NCBI GenBank assembly: GCA_049323575.1
Contig: JBMOPM010000168.1
Coordinates: 1 to 51,605, forward strand
Origin: Gemmatimonadota bacterium
GTDB lineage: Bacteria; Gemmatimonadota; Gemmatimonadetes; Gemmatimonadales; GWC2-71-9
Direction of reading: 5' to 3'
DNA length: 51,605 bases
Shown here: positions 1-7,842 of the stretch, one piece after another
Layout of the letters: the number at the start of each line of letters is the position of its first letter
Position numbering within the stretch: position 1 is the stretch's first letter
Made by a program: the position numbers and the translations under genes
Notes under the pieces: model-generated
Told to the model about the DNA's origin: nothing
Seen by the model: the letters and a program-made list of their open reading frames with translations, nothing else
Database searches by the model: none

Positions 1-297
1 CTGACGTCAGAGTTCGTCCGCAAGGCTCTCAAGCAGGTGAAGGACCCCGACCTCGGCCTCAACATCATCGACCTCGGCCTCGTGTACGATGTCGAGACCT
101 CCGACGCCGGCCACGTCCACGTGAAGATGACCCTCACCTCGCCCGGGTGTCCCGCGGGCGAGGAAATCATCGAAGACGTGCGCAAGACCGTCACCGACCT
201 CGAAGGCGTGACGTCAGTCGAAGTAGAGCTGGTGTGGGAGCCGTACTGGACGCCGGAGAAGATGGATCCGCGGGTGAGGGCGTTCCTCGGACACTGA
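1..297 (+). CDS. DUF59 (SufT/PaaD/MIP18-like) Fe-S cluster assembly protein, 5' end cut by window edge
   Basis: The frame is open from nt 1; the listed ORF 37..297 only starts at an internal GTG. The translation DLGLNIIDLGLVYDV...MTLTSPGCPAGEEI...VWEPYWTPEKM carries the DUF59 signature with its conserved Cys. Stop TGA 295-297. Third codon positions are strongly G/C. Confidence 0.8.
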   Translation: MTSEFVRKALKQVKDPDLGLNIIDLGLVYDVETSDAGHVHVKMTLTSPGCPAGEEIIEDVRKTVTDLEGVTSVEVELVWEPYWTPEKMDPRVRAFLGH

Positions 298-350
298 GCG
301 CTCGCGCCCGGCGCTGCTGGGGCGCCCGTCGTGTCCGCTTTGGCCGTCGT

Positions 351-512
351 CGCGTTGAAGGCGTCCATCGCCCGCGACGAGCACACCAGCGTCGCTCCCG
401 CGTTCACCGCGACGGCCACTCCCAGCGCTTCCGCGTTCTCCTCCCGGGTCGCGCCGTGCTTCACCGCCGCCTCGGTGAGGACGACGAGCGTGATCCCCGC
501 TCGTTCCGACCG
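351..512 (-). pseudogene. remnant of a carboxymuconolactone decarboxylase (AhpD-like, CMD) family gene, C-terminal part only
   Basis: The minus-strand translation directly downstream of, and in frame with, the TAG at 513-515 reads RSERAGITLVVLTEAAVKHGATREENAEALGVAVAVNAGATLVCSSRAMDAFNA. This resembles the C-terminal helices of CMD proteins. There is no usable start and no CxxC/His segment. The frame then runs on without a stop, antisense to the DUF59 gene. Confidence 0.4.
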
Positions 513-689
513 CTAGAACTCCCGGCGCTTCATTTCCTTGAACAGTCGCGTGGTCTCCGCGTCCTGATCCGCGGGCCGGGTCCGGAGGGTGGAGTCGAAC
601 TGGGCGGCGTGGTCGTCCTTGGCCGGCTTGATCTTCGCGGCGTTCTTCCTGGCCAGGTTGGCAATCCGCTGATCTTCCCGCTTCGGCAT
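513..689 (-). CDS. small basic hypothetical protein (58 aa)
   Basis: ATG at 689 has GGAG 6 nt upstream; the listed ORF begins at an upstream TTG at 722. Translation MPKREDQRIANLARKNAAKIKPAKDD.... Third positions are G/C-rich. It lies 70 nt downstream of rnd on the same strand. Confidence 0.45.
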   Translation of the reverse strand: MPKREDQRIANLARKNAAKIKPAKDDHAAQFDSTLRTRPADQDAETTRLFKEMKRREF

Positions 690-761
690 CGGGTTCTCCG
701 TAGGCGTGGGTGCTGTGCTCAATGTAGCGCGACGCTGCAGGACCGGGTGCGGGGAGTCACC

Positions 762-1919
762 CTACGTCGACGCCGCTCCACCGACCGCCTGCAGCAGGTC
801 CTTCCCGATCTCTTCCACCTGCCACTGCCTGACGCCGGGCAGCGCGCGCAGCTCCTCGAGCGTCTTCGGCGCCGCCCGCGCGATCGCTTCCAGCGTCCCG
901 TTGGGGCAGACCACGCCGGGCGCGAGCTCGAGCCGCTTGGCCGCGGCGTTCCGCACGGCCTTGAGACGTTCCACCCGCGCCTCGAACTCGGAGTCGGTCA
1001 CCCGCTTGGGCGGCCGCGGCACCCGGGGCAGATCCTTCTCCGGCAGCGCCATCGCCCGCTTGATGGCGCCCAGCACTTCTCTTCCCCGCCGGGCAGCGAG
1101 CTCCTTGCTGACGCCGCTCATCTGCGCCAACGCGTCGGCGTTGGCCGGAGGGGACTGCGCGATCGCCAGCATTACCTCGTTGTTGAGCACCCGGAAGGCC
1201 GCCCGGTCGAGCCGTTTGGCCGTCTTTTCACGCCACTCGTACAGCTCGCGGAGAATCGCGAGCTGCCGGCCTTTCAGGGCCTTGGCGCCCTTGATCCGGA
1301 GATAGCCCGGCTCCGCGTCCTCGGCCTGACTCCACTGCACATGAGTGAGTAGTTCGAACTCCTCCTCTGCCCACGCCAGCCGGCCGCGCTCCTCCAGTCT
1401 CTCGCGGAGTATGTCGCGCAACTCCGGAAGGAAGCGCGTGTCCATCGCCGCGTATTCCAGCATCGCGGCCGGCAGCGGCCTGGCCGACCAGTCCGCGCGC
1501 TGGAAACGCTTGTCCAGCTTGATGTTGAGGTACTTCTCCAGGAGTGCCGCGAGACCGATCCCTGGCTCGTTCAGGAACTGCGCGGCGATCCGCGTGTCGA
1601 AGAGGTTCCTGGCCTGGAATCCGTAGGCCTTGGAGAGCAGCCGGAGGTCGTAGTCGGCATCGTGGAAGACCGTCTCGACCTTGGGGTCCTTGAGGAGCCT
1701 GCCGAAGGCCGAGAGGTCGGCGACGGCGAGCGGGTCCACCACGACCGTGGCCGAACGGGTCGACAACTGGACCAGGTAGACCCGGTCCACGTAGCGGTGG
1801 AAACTGGCGGCCTCCGTGTCCACCGCCACGAGGCGTTCATTGGCGAAGGCCTGGACGGTCCGATCGAACTCGTCCTGGGTAGCGATGAGGGTCGGAGCCT
1901 CAGCAGCAGCCTGTGTCAC
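762..1919 (-). CDS. rnd: ribonuclease D (DEDDy 3'-5' exonuclease + HRDC domain)
   Basis: VAVDTEAASF...VFHDADYDLRLL...YAAMDTRFL are the ExoI-III motifs of RNase D. The C-terminal half is HRDC-like (LRELYEWREKTAKRLDRAAFRVLNNEVMLAIA). GTG start at 1919. Confidence 0.85.
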   Translation of the reverse strand: MTQAAAEAPTLIATQDEFDRTVQAFANERLVAVDTEAASFHRYVDRVYLVQLSTRSATVVVDPLAVADLSAFGRLLKDPKVETVFHDADYDLRLLSKAYGFQARNLFDTRIAAQFLNEPGIGLAALLEKYLNIKLDKRFQRADWSARPLPAAMLEYAAMDTRFLPELRDILRERLEERGRLAWAEEEFELLTHVQWSQAEDAEPGYLRIKGAKALKGRQLAILRELYEWREKTAKRLDRAAFRVLNNEVMLAIAQSPPANADALAQMSGVSKELAARRGREVLGAIKRAMALPEKDLPRVPRPPKRVTDSEFEARVERLKAVRNAAAKRLELAPGVVCPNGTLEAIARAAPKTLEELRALPGVRQWQVEEIGKDLLQAVGGAAST

Positions 1920-2028
1920 CCCTGCAAGGTGGGGGAGACGAGGGCCGGGGGCAACTCGGTGGAGCGAGCCCGCCCGATGTCACGCGCCGAGCGACCTGCC
2001 AGGCCCGGCTCACGCGCCGCCCCAGTGG

Positions 2029-2202
2029 TCATTCCCGGGCGGAGACCTGCTCCAGTCCGTCCGCGATCTCCTCCAGCGCTCTGGAGAGGGCCTTGTAGAA
2101 CTCGGCGTCGGGTTGGGGGACGCCGCCCCCCATGGCGGCGTCCATCTGGAGCTTCCGGGCGAGTCGGGCGGCGTGGCGGATGTAGTCGGTGGGTGGCTTC
2201 AT
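2029..2202 (-). CDS. hypothetical small protein (57 aa), below the ORF-track size cutoff
   Basis: Hand translation from ATG 2202 to TGA 2029: MKPPTDYIRHAARLARKLQMDAAMGGGVPQPDAEFYKALSRALEEIADGLEQVSARE. Nearly all codons end in G/C. No clear Shine-Dalgarno sequence. Confidence 0.35.
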   Translation of the reverse strand: MKPPTDYIRHAARLARKLQMDAAMGGGVPQPDAEFYKALSRALEEIADGLEQVSARE

Positions 2203-2337
2203 TGACGTTGGACCGTGAAAGGTGAACGTTTTGAACGCGGGGCGAATTTCAATCTAGCGTCGCACCGTGGCGGGTCCGCCGGTCCTTGGCGCTGTGCCGC
2301 TCCACGGTCAACCGTCCACGATCACCTGTCCTCGTCC

Positions 2338-3585
2338 ATGTCTCCCCCGCCCTCTGATCCCGACATCCCCGAGATCGACCTCACCGTCTATCCCGACGAA
2401 TGCGACGCGTTCGGCCACCTCAACCAGGCCGCGTTCCTCAGCCTCTTCGAGCGCGCGCGCTGGGAGATGCTGGCGCGCGGGCCGGGCATGGACGTGTTCA
2501 CGCGCAACGGGACCTGGCCGGCCGTGCGCCGCGCGGTGATCGACTACCACGCCGCCGCGTTCCCCGGCGATGTGCTGCGCTTCCAGCAGTCCCTCGTGCA
2601 TCACGGCCGCACCAGCTTCACCATGCGGCAGACCGCGCGGCGGGTGAGCGACGACACGCTCATCGCCACGGCCGAGTTCGTGTTCGTCTGCATCAGCCGG
2701 GGCGGGCGGCCCGTGCCGGTGCCGGAGGAAGTCGGCCGGTTCATGAGCAAGCGGGGCGGTTCGGGCGATGGGAGGGATCTGCGCCGCCTCACGGTCAACG
2801 GCGTCAACCTCGCTGTGGGTGTGCGTGAGGATGCGACCCCGGGCCCGGCCTTGTTGCTGATCCACGGCTTCCCGCTCGATCACACCATCTGGCGGCACCA
2901 GCTCGACAACCTGCACGGCATCCGCCGTCTCGCGCCCGATCTCCGGGGCCTCGGGCGCTCCGATGCCCCCGATCTGGGCTACAGCATGGCCACCTATGCC
3001 GCCGATCTCATTGCACTGCTCGACGCGCTGGGCGTCGACGACGTGGTGCTCTGCGGGATGTCGATGGGCGGGTACGTAGCGTTCGAGTTCATCCGCCAGG
3101 CGCGGCATCGGGTCAAGGGGCTCATCCTGGTGGACACGCGCGCCGAGGCCGACAGTGTCGAAGGCCGTCGCGCGCGGGACGCGATGGCGCAGCTCGCGCG
3201 CGAACGAGGCGCCAAGGCGGTGGCGGACCAGATGATCCTCCGGCTCTTCGCGCCGGGCACGGCGTCCAGCCAGCCCACGCTGGTGCGGGACGTCCACGAG
3301 CTGATGGCCGGCATGCCGACCGCCGGCGTGATCGGCGCGATCGCCGCGATGCGGGATCGTCCCGACAGCACCCCGCTCCTTGCCACCCTCGACATGCCCG
3401 CGCTCGTCATCGTGGGGGCGGACGATCCGATGGTCACGCCCGAGGCGGCGCACGCCATGGCGCGCCAGATCCCCGGCGCCAGGGTCGCGGTGGTGCCCGG
3501 CGCGGGTCACCTGCCGATGCTCGAGCAGCCGGCGGAGACCACGCAGTTGATCAAGGATTTCCTCGAGGGCCTGGCGAAAGGATGA
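2338..3585 (+). CDS. fusion protein: 4HBT/YbgC-type acyl-CoA thioesterase (N) + alpha/beta-fold hydrolase (C)
   Basis: The N-terminal part (VYPDECDAFGHLNQAAFLSLFERARWEML...) is a hotdog-fold thioesterase with the YbgC Asp/His region. The C-terminal part carries HGFPLD, the nucleophile elbow GMSMGG and the C-terminal GAGHLPMLEQP. I chose ATG 2338 (MSPPPSD); the listed ORF starts at 2215. Confidence 0.8.
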   Translation: MSPPPSDPDIPEIDLTVYPDECDAFGHLNQAAFLSLFERARWEMLARGPGMDVFTRNGTWPAVRRAVIDYHAAAFPGDVLRFQQSLVHHGRTSFTMRQTARRVSDDTLIATAEFVFVCISRGGRPVPVPEEVGRFMSKRGGSGDGRDLRRLTVNGVNLAVGVREDATPGPALLLIHGFPLDHTIWRHQLDNLHGIRRLAPDLRGLGRSDAPDLGYSMATYAADLIALLDALGVDDVVLCGMSMGGYVAFEFIRQARHRVKGLILVDTRAEADSVEGRRARDAMAQLARERGAKAVADQMILRLFAPGTASSQPTLVRDVHELMAGMPTAGVIGAIAAMRDRPDSTPLLATLDMPALVIVGADDPMVTPEAAHAMARQIPGARVAVVPGAGHLPMLEQPAETTQLIKDFLEGLAKG

Positions 3586-3613
3586 AACGGGCAACGTCGG
3601 CGCCCGCCCCCGG

Positions 3614-4735
3614 TCAGAACAGCCGCCACACCGAGTCGGCCGCCTTGCCGCGTTTGAAGCTCCCGTACCACCGGCAGGCCGGATACAACACCGCGAGTCC
3701 CGCCAGCCATGACCCGTAGACCATGGCCAGGCCGCCCCTGGGCAACACCAGCCCCATCGCCGCGTAGACGTACAGGTGCAGCAGGTAGAAGAACAGCGCT
3801 GAGCCCCCGAACACCAGCAGCGGATTCCCCGCCCCGAGTGCGCTGGCCGGAACCCGCGCCGCCAGCGCCAGTCCCAGCAGCACTCCGCCGACCGTCAGCG
3901 AAAGAAATGCCGGCCCGGGCGGATACTTGGTGAGGTTCAGCCAGCCGATCCAGCCCTCCGTGGGCGCGTGCGCGTCGCCCGCCCCAGCGGCGCGCATCAG
4001 CGCGAACAGGACGAGCAGGCCCAGGCCCAGCCACGGCAGGAGCGCCATGGTTCGCGCCGGCCGCCGCCGCAGTTCCCGCCCGAGAATCAGCCCGAGCCCC
4101 GTCACCCCGACCCAGGGCAGCAGCGGGTAGTACACCTGCAGCCAGTTGCTGTGTCCCGGCACCAGCAGCAGGCGCGCAAGCGGACCGTACAGCGTGTCCG
4201 GATCCAGGTTTCCCGGCACGTACAACGCACTGACCACGATGGCCGCCACGCTCAGCGCCGCGATCGCGAGGGATGGCAACCGCCGCAGCACCCCCCACAT
4301 CAGCATCGACATGCCCAGCGCGTACAGCACCCCCAAGTGCACCCGTATCTCGCTGCCGCCGCCGGCCACCCGTCCGTCCGTGACAGCCCCGACTCCCGCG
4401 TCCGCGCCGCTCCCGAGCGAGCCGATCAGCCAGGCCGGGTCCTCTACGAGCAGCTGCAGCAGCACGAGCAGCCCGCCTCTCAGGGCGAACCAGCGCGCCG
4501 GCCGCTCCGAGTGGGCCATGCCGATGCCCATCAGCAGAAAGAAGCCCGGCGCGCAGAAATGGGTGACGAAACGGGTCAGGAACCAGCCCGCATCGTCATA
4601 TGCCGGCAGAGGATATCCCCAGAACTCGGTGGCATGGACCCCGGCCACCAGAAAGCTGGCGTGGTCGATCGCCATCAACACCATGATCCCGCCGCGCAGC
4701 AGATCGACCGAGACGAGACGCGTGGACGTGGACAT
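3614..4735 (-). CDS. DUF1624 / heparan-alpha-glucosaminide N-acetyltransferase-like polytopic membrane protein
   Basis: The N-terminus R..SVDLLRGGIMVLMAIDHAS is typical of DUF1624 acyltransferase-like proteins. About 10 hydrophobic segments. GGAGGAG sits 10 nt upstream of ATG 4735. Confidence 0.75.
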   Translation of the reverse strand: MSTSTRLVSVDLLRGGIMVLMAIDHASFLVAGVHATEFWGYPLPAYDDAGWFLTRFVTHFCAPGFFLLMGIGMAHSERPARWFALRGGLLVLLQLLVEDPAWLIGSLGSGADAGVGAVTDGRVAGGGSEIRVHLGVLYALGMSMLMWGVLRRLPSLAIAALSVAAIVVSALYVPGNLDPDTLYGPLARLLLVPGHSNWLQVYYPLLPWVGVTGLGLILGRELRRRPARTMALLPWLGLGLLVLFALMRAAGAGDAHAPTEGWIGWLNLTKYPPGPAFLSLTVGGVLLGLALAARVPASALGAGNPLLVFGGSALFFYLLHLYVYAAMGLVLPRGGLAMVYGSWLAGLAVLYPACRWYGSFKRGKAADSVWRLF

Positions 4736-5000
4736 GGATTCGGCGCTCCTCCGGCGGCGCCAGGATCAGGATACCGGCCGCCCCGCGGGCTCTCCCGAGA
4801 GCCGTCTTCCCCGTGCATGGCGCCGGCACGCGGTACGATCGCATCCGTCAGGTTTTGACGTCAAGCGAGATGCGGTTATCGGCATCAGGCTCCGCAGGTC
4901 GCCGATCGAACGGTCGGCCGGACTCGAGGACGCCGAAGGCGACCGGGGCGAGCTTTGCGCGTCATGGCGCCGACAAATGGCCCTGGGCGGCTTGCCGATC

Positions 5001-5041
5001 GATCAAGGATTGGCTCGACGGCCTGGCGAAAGAAATGAAAC
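5001..5041 (+). repeat. degenerate direct copy of the 3' end of the hydrolase gene (copy 1 at 3549-3588)
   Basis: gatcaaggattggctcgacggcctggcgaaagaaatgaaac compared with gatcaaggatttcctcgagggcctggcgaaaggatgaaac: 36 of 41 aligned positions are identical, including exact 11-nt and 13-nt blocks. Translated, IKDWLDGLAKE compared with IKDFLEGLAKG*. Confidence 0.6.
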
Positions 5042-5245
5042 CGGACGGCCGCGCATGTCGTAGTTTCCAGCGCGGGCCGACCCGGTGCTCTCTGGGTCAC
5101 CGCGAGCCGCGGCACGGGAAGCCGCGCCGCGGCGCGAAAGCCCATCCTACCTCCATACGGCCCCGGGGCAGTCGACCGGGGCCGCCTTCGTTACGGGACG
5201 AGTCGGTCCCCGGGGTTCGTCGCTCATCGAGGGCCTCGAAAGCAG

Positions 5246-5277
5246 GCGACCCTCCGGTCTGGCCGCCGGAGGGTCGC
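5246..5277 (-). terminator. GC-rich hairpin downstream of the ferredoxin gene (putative terminator)
   Basis: Perfect 12-bp stem gcgaccctccgg/ccggagggtcgc with an 8-nt loop, 32 nt after the ferredoxin stop. On the minus strand only a short T run (ctgctttcg) follows. Confidence 0.45.
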
Positions 5278-5308
5278 TCGAGATCGGACGTGGTGACCCG
5301 CCCGGCCC

Positions 5309-5572
5309 TTACCGCTTCGGCCGTCCCGGGGGGGTGTCGCTGGTGAATACATCGCGGTTCTTGGCGATGTAGCTCTGCCACTGCGGCGGGACGTCCTCCT
5401 CGGGGAAGATCGCCGTGACCGGGCACTCGGGTTCGCACGCGCCGCAGTCGATGCACTCATCAGGGTGGATGTACAGCTGGTCCTCGCCCTCGTAGATGCA
5501 GTCCACAGGGCAAACGTCCACGCAGGCCCGGTCCTTTACGCCGATGCAGGGCTCCGCGATCACGTACGTCAT
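5309..5572 (-). CDS. ferredoxin, FdxA-like, with 4Fe-4S and 3Fe-4S-type Cys motifs
   Basis: [26 protein letters not shown]...[12 protein letters not shown] gives the Cys patterns CxxxxxxC...CP and CxxCxxCxxxCP. GGAG sits 8 nt upstream of ATG 5572. Confidence 0.9.
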   Translation of the reverse strand: MTYVIAEPCIGVKDRACVDVCPVDCIYEGEDQLYIHPDECIDCGACEPECPVTAIFPEEDVPPQWQSYIAKNRDVFTSDTPPGRPKR

Positions 5573-5703
5573 CGGGTTGCTCCACTCGCAGGGTTATGAG
5601 ACACGACGTGAGACCGCGCAAGATTCCGATCAGCGCAGGTATCAGGGCGTCGGAGGCCAAAGGTATACGGAGCGAGGCAATGGGACGCAAGGGGGCTGTT
5701 ATC

Positions 5704-7833
5704 ATGCTGCCCATGCATTCTTTCATGGGCGGCAACTCCGCGGGCGGGCGGGCCCGCGGCGCGTGGGTTCTCCTCGCCACCGGGGCCGCCCTGGCGTGGG
5801 CGGGGCGGTTGGCCGCCCAGGACAGCGCCGGCGCCGCGCTGGCCAGGTCCTGCGCGCCGGCGAAGACTGCGCTGGTCCTCTCGGGCGGCGGGGCCAAGGG
5901 CCTGGCGCACATCGGGGTGCTCCGCGTGCTCGACAGTCTCGGCGTCAAGCCGGACATCATCGTCGGGACCAGCGTGGGCGCCGTCGTGGGCGGCATCTAC
6001 GCCAGCGGCTACAGCGCGAGGGCGCTGGACTCGATCGCGCGATCGTTTCCCCTCTCCTCGGCACTCCGGAGCCGGCTCGCTCGCGCCCCGAACGAGCTTC
6101 GCGGGCTCGACCCGCTCGTGATGTGGGTGCAGGGCAAGCGCGGGCTTTCGATCCAGAGTCCCTCGGTGCAGGAGCCCGAGGTGAACGCGATGCTGGACGC
6201 GGTTCTCCTGCGCGGGAACGTGATCGCCCGCGGCGACTTCGATTCGCTTCCCATCCCGTTCCGGGCCATCGCCGCCCGGATCTCCGACCGCGGCATGGTG
6301 GTCTTCCGCTCCGGCGACCTGGCCCGCGCGGTGCGCGCCAGCATGTCGATCCCGCTCGTCTTCAGCCCCGTGCTGGTGGACGGGGAGTACCTGGTGGATG
6401 GCGGGCTCGTGGCCAATGTGCCGATCGAGGTCGCGCGGCAGGCCGGTGCCACGCGCCTCATCGTCTCCGATGTAGGCGGCACCAGGGACTCGCTCGATTA
6501 CACGTCGGCGCGCGTCATCGCCGAGCGCCTGGTCACCTTCCTCGCGACCCAGCCTCGGCCCCCGCTCGGGCCCGAGGACGTGTACATCCGTCCGGGCGTG
6601 GTGGATTTCGCCACGCTCGACTTCGCGCCCGGACGCCTGGAGCAGATCATCAAGGCCGGCGTCGCCGCGGCCGATACCACGCTGCGCCGCGCCGCGTGTC
6701 TCGCCCCCCTGAGCCACCGGGTCGAGCGCCGCGTCCCCCGCCACATCACCGCGGTGACCTTCCGCGGCGAGCAGGGGTCGCTCAACCGGCTGCTGCTGCG
6801 CAACACGCTCCGGCTCAGCGCGCCCGGGTCGCTCGACATCGACGATCTCATGCGCGGGATCGACCAGCTCGGTCGCTCCGGGGCGCTCGCGGCGCTCTGG
6901 CTCAACCCCAGTGGCCATGGCGATTCGGTGGCGTTCACCATCGAAGTCGAGCCGCTGCCGAGCCGCATGGTGGGGCTCGGGCTGGTCTACGACGGCGATC
7001 TCGGAGGCCGCGTCTGGGCCGGCGGAGTGCAGCGCAACATTTTCCGCAGCGGCGTGTCCGGCTCCGTAGTTGCGGCGCTCGGCGAGCTCGAGCGGGAACT
7101 GTCGGTGGCGGCGCGGCCCAACTACCAGGTGGGGCGGCTGGTCTCACCGGTGGGGACTCTCTCGGTGACCGACGAGGACGTGCGGCGGTTCACCCCCGCC
7201 GGCACCGCACTCGAGAAGTTCAGCGTCCGCCAGGTCATGCTCGCCGGAGGGCTCGAGTTCGGTACCGCGCGCAAGTGGACCACGGTCGTGGGGCTCGAGG
7301 CCCGCTGGTGGGACCCGGACAGCCTGGCCTCCCTGGCCACGGTGGGCGCCTACCTCAAGACGTTCCGCGTGCAGCCCGGCACCGGCCTTCGCCAGATCGC
7401 GGTGGAGGCCGGCGCCATGTCGCGCTATCAGTTTGCCGCGCTGGCGGCCGAGCACCGCTTCGTCATGGGCCGCGTGGCACTCGGTCCCCGGCTGCGGCTG
7501 GGATGGGGCAACCGGCTGCCGCTCCAGCTCACGTTCCCCCTGGGCGGCGACGACGGCTTCCCCGGCCTGCACATCTTCGAGCGCCGGGGCGATCGCGAGG
7601 CGTATGCGGGCCTCCGCGCCTCGTACGCCGTCGTCAAGCCGCTCGCCGTGCACGTGGATCTGAGCGTGGGACGCACCGCCTTCGGTGGCTCGGTCGTGGG
7701 CAACGGCGGCTGGCTCTTCGGCGGCCGCGCGGGGGTCGAGGTGGAAACGCCGATCGGACCGGTCCGCGCGGCCTACGGGATCACCGCGCGCGATCGCCGG
7801 GCATGGTTCGTCCGCGTGGGACGGTGGTTCTGA
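5704..7833 (+). CDS. patatin-like phospholipase fused to a C-terminal Omp85/BamA-type beta-barrel (PlpD-like, type Vd autotransporter)
   Basis: There is a signal-like N-terminus. Patatin motifs are present: GGGAKG, GTSVG (GxSxG) and VDGGLVANVP (DGG). The C-terminal ~350 aa are rich in alternating beta-strand patterns and end ...FVRVGRWF with a terminal aromatic residue. ATG 5704 has GGGGG upstream. Confidence 0.8.
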   Translation: MLPMHSFMGGNSAGGRARGAWVLLATGAALAWAGRLAAQDSAGAALARSCAPAKTALVLSGGGAKGLAHIGVLRVLDSLGVKPDIIVGTSVGAVVGGIYASGYSARALDSIARSFPLSSALRSRLARAPNELRGLDPLVMWVQGKRGLSIQSPSVQEPEVNAMLDAVLLRGNVIARGDFDSLPIPFRAIAARISDRGMVVFRSGDLARAVRASMSIPLVFSPVLVDGEYLVDGGLVANVPIEVARQAGATRLIVSDVGGTRDSLDYTSARVIAERLVTFLATQPRPPLGPEDVYIRPGVVDFATLDFAPGRLEQIIKAGVAAADTTLRRAACLAPLSHRVERRVPRHITAVTFRGEQGSLNRLLLRNTLRLSAPGSLDIDDLMRGIDQLGRSGALAALWLNPSGHGDSVAFTIEVEPLPSRMVGLGLVYDGDLGGRVWAGGVQRNIFRSGVSGSVVAALGELERELSVAARPNYQVGRLVSPVGTLSVTDEDVRRFTPAGTALEKFSVRQVMLAGGLEFGTARKWTTVVGLEARWWDPDSLASLATVGAYLKTFRVQPGTGLRQIAVEAGAMSRYQFAALAAEHRFVMGRVALGPRLRLGWGNRLPLQLTFPLGGDDGFPGLHIFERRGDREAYAGLRASYAVVKPLAVHVDLSVGRTAFGGSVVGNGGWLFGGRAGVEVETPIGPVRAAYGITARDRRAWFVRVGRWF

Positions 7834-7842
7834 GGGGGACGA

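Noticed and set aside
1-4864. TGACGTCA palindromes (2-9, 209-216, 4856-4863) as a regulator motif
   Set aside because: There are three copies against roughly 0.4 expected, which is suggestive. But two lie inside the DUF59 coding sequence, and only TTGACGTCAA at 4855-4864 is intergenic. That is too few to claim a regulon site.
4813-5346. 177-aa plus-strand ORF in the DUF1624-ferredoxin gap as a real gene
   Set aside because: Only about 13 residues (IKDWLDGLAKE) resemble anything, namely the hydrolase C-terminus. The rest is Arg/Pro/Gly/Ser-rich and overlaps the ferredoxin gene's 3' end and terminator. I treat it as a relic or repeat, not a gene.
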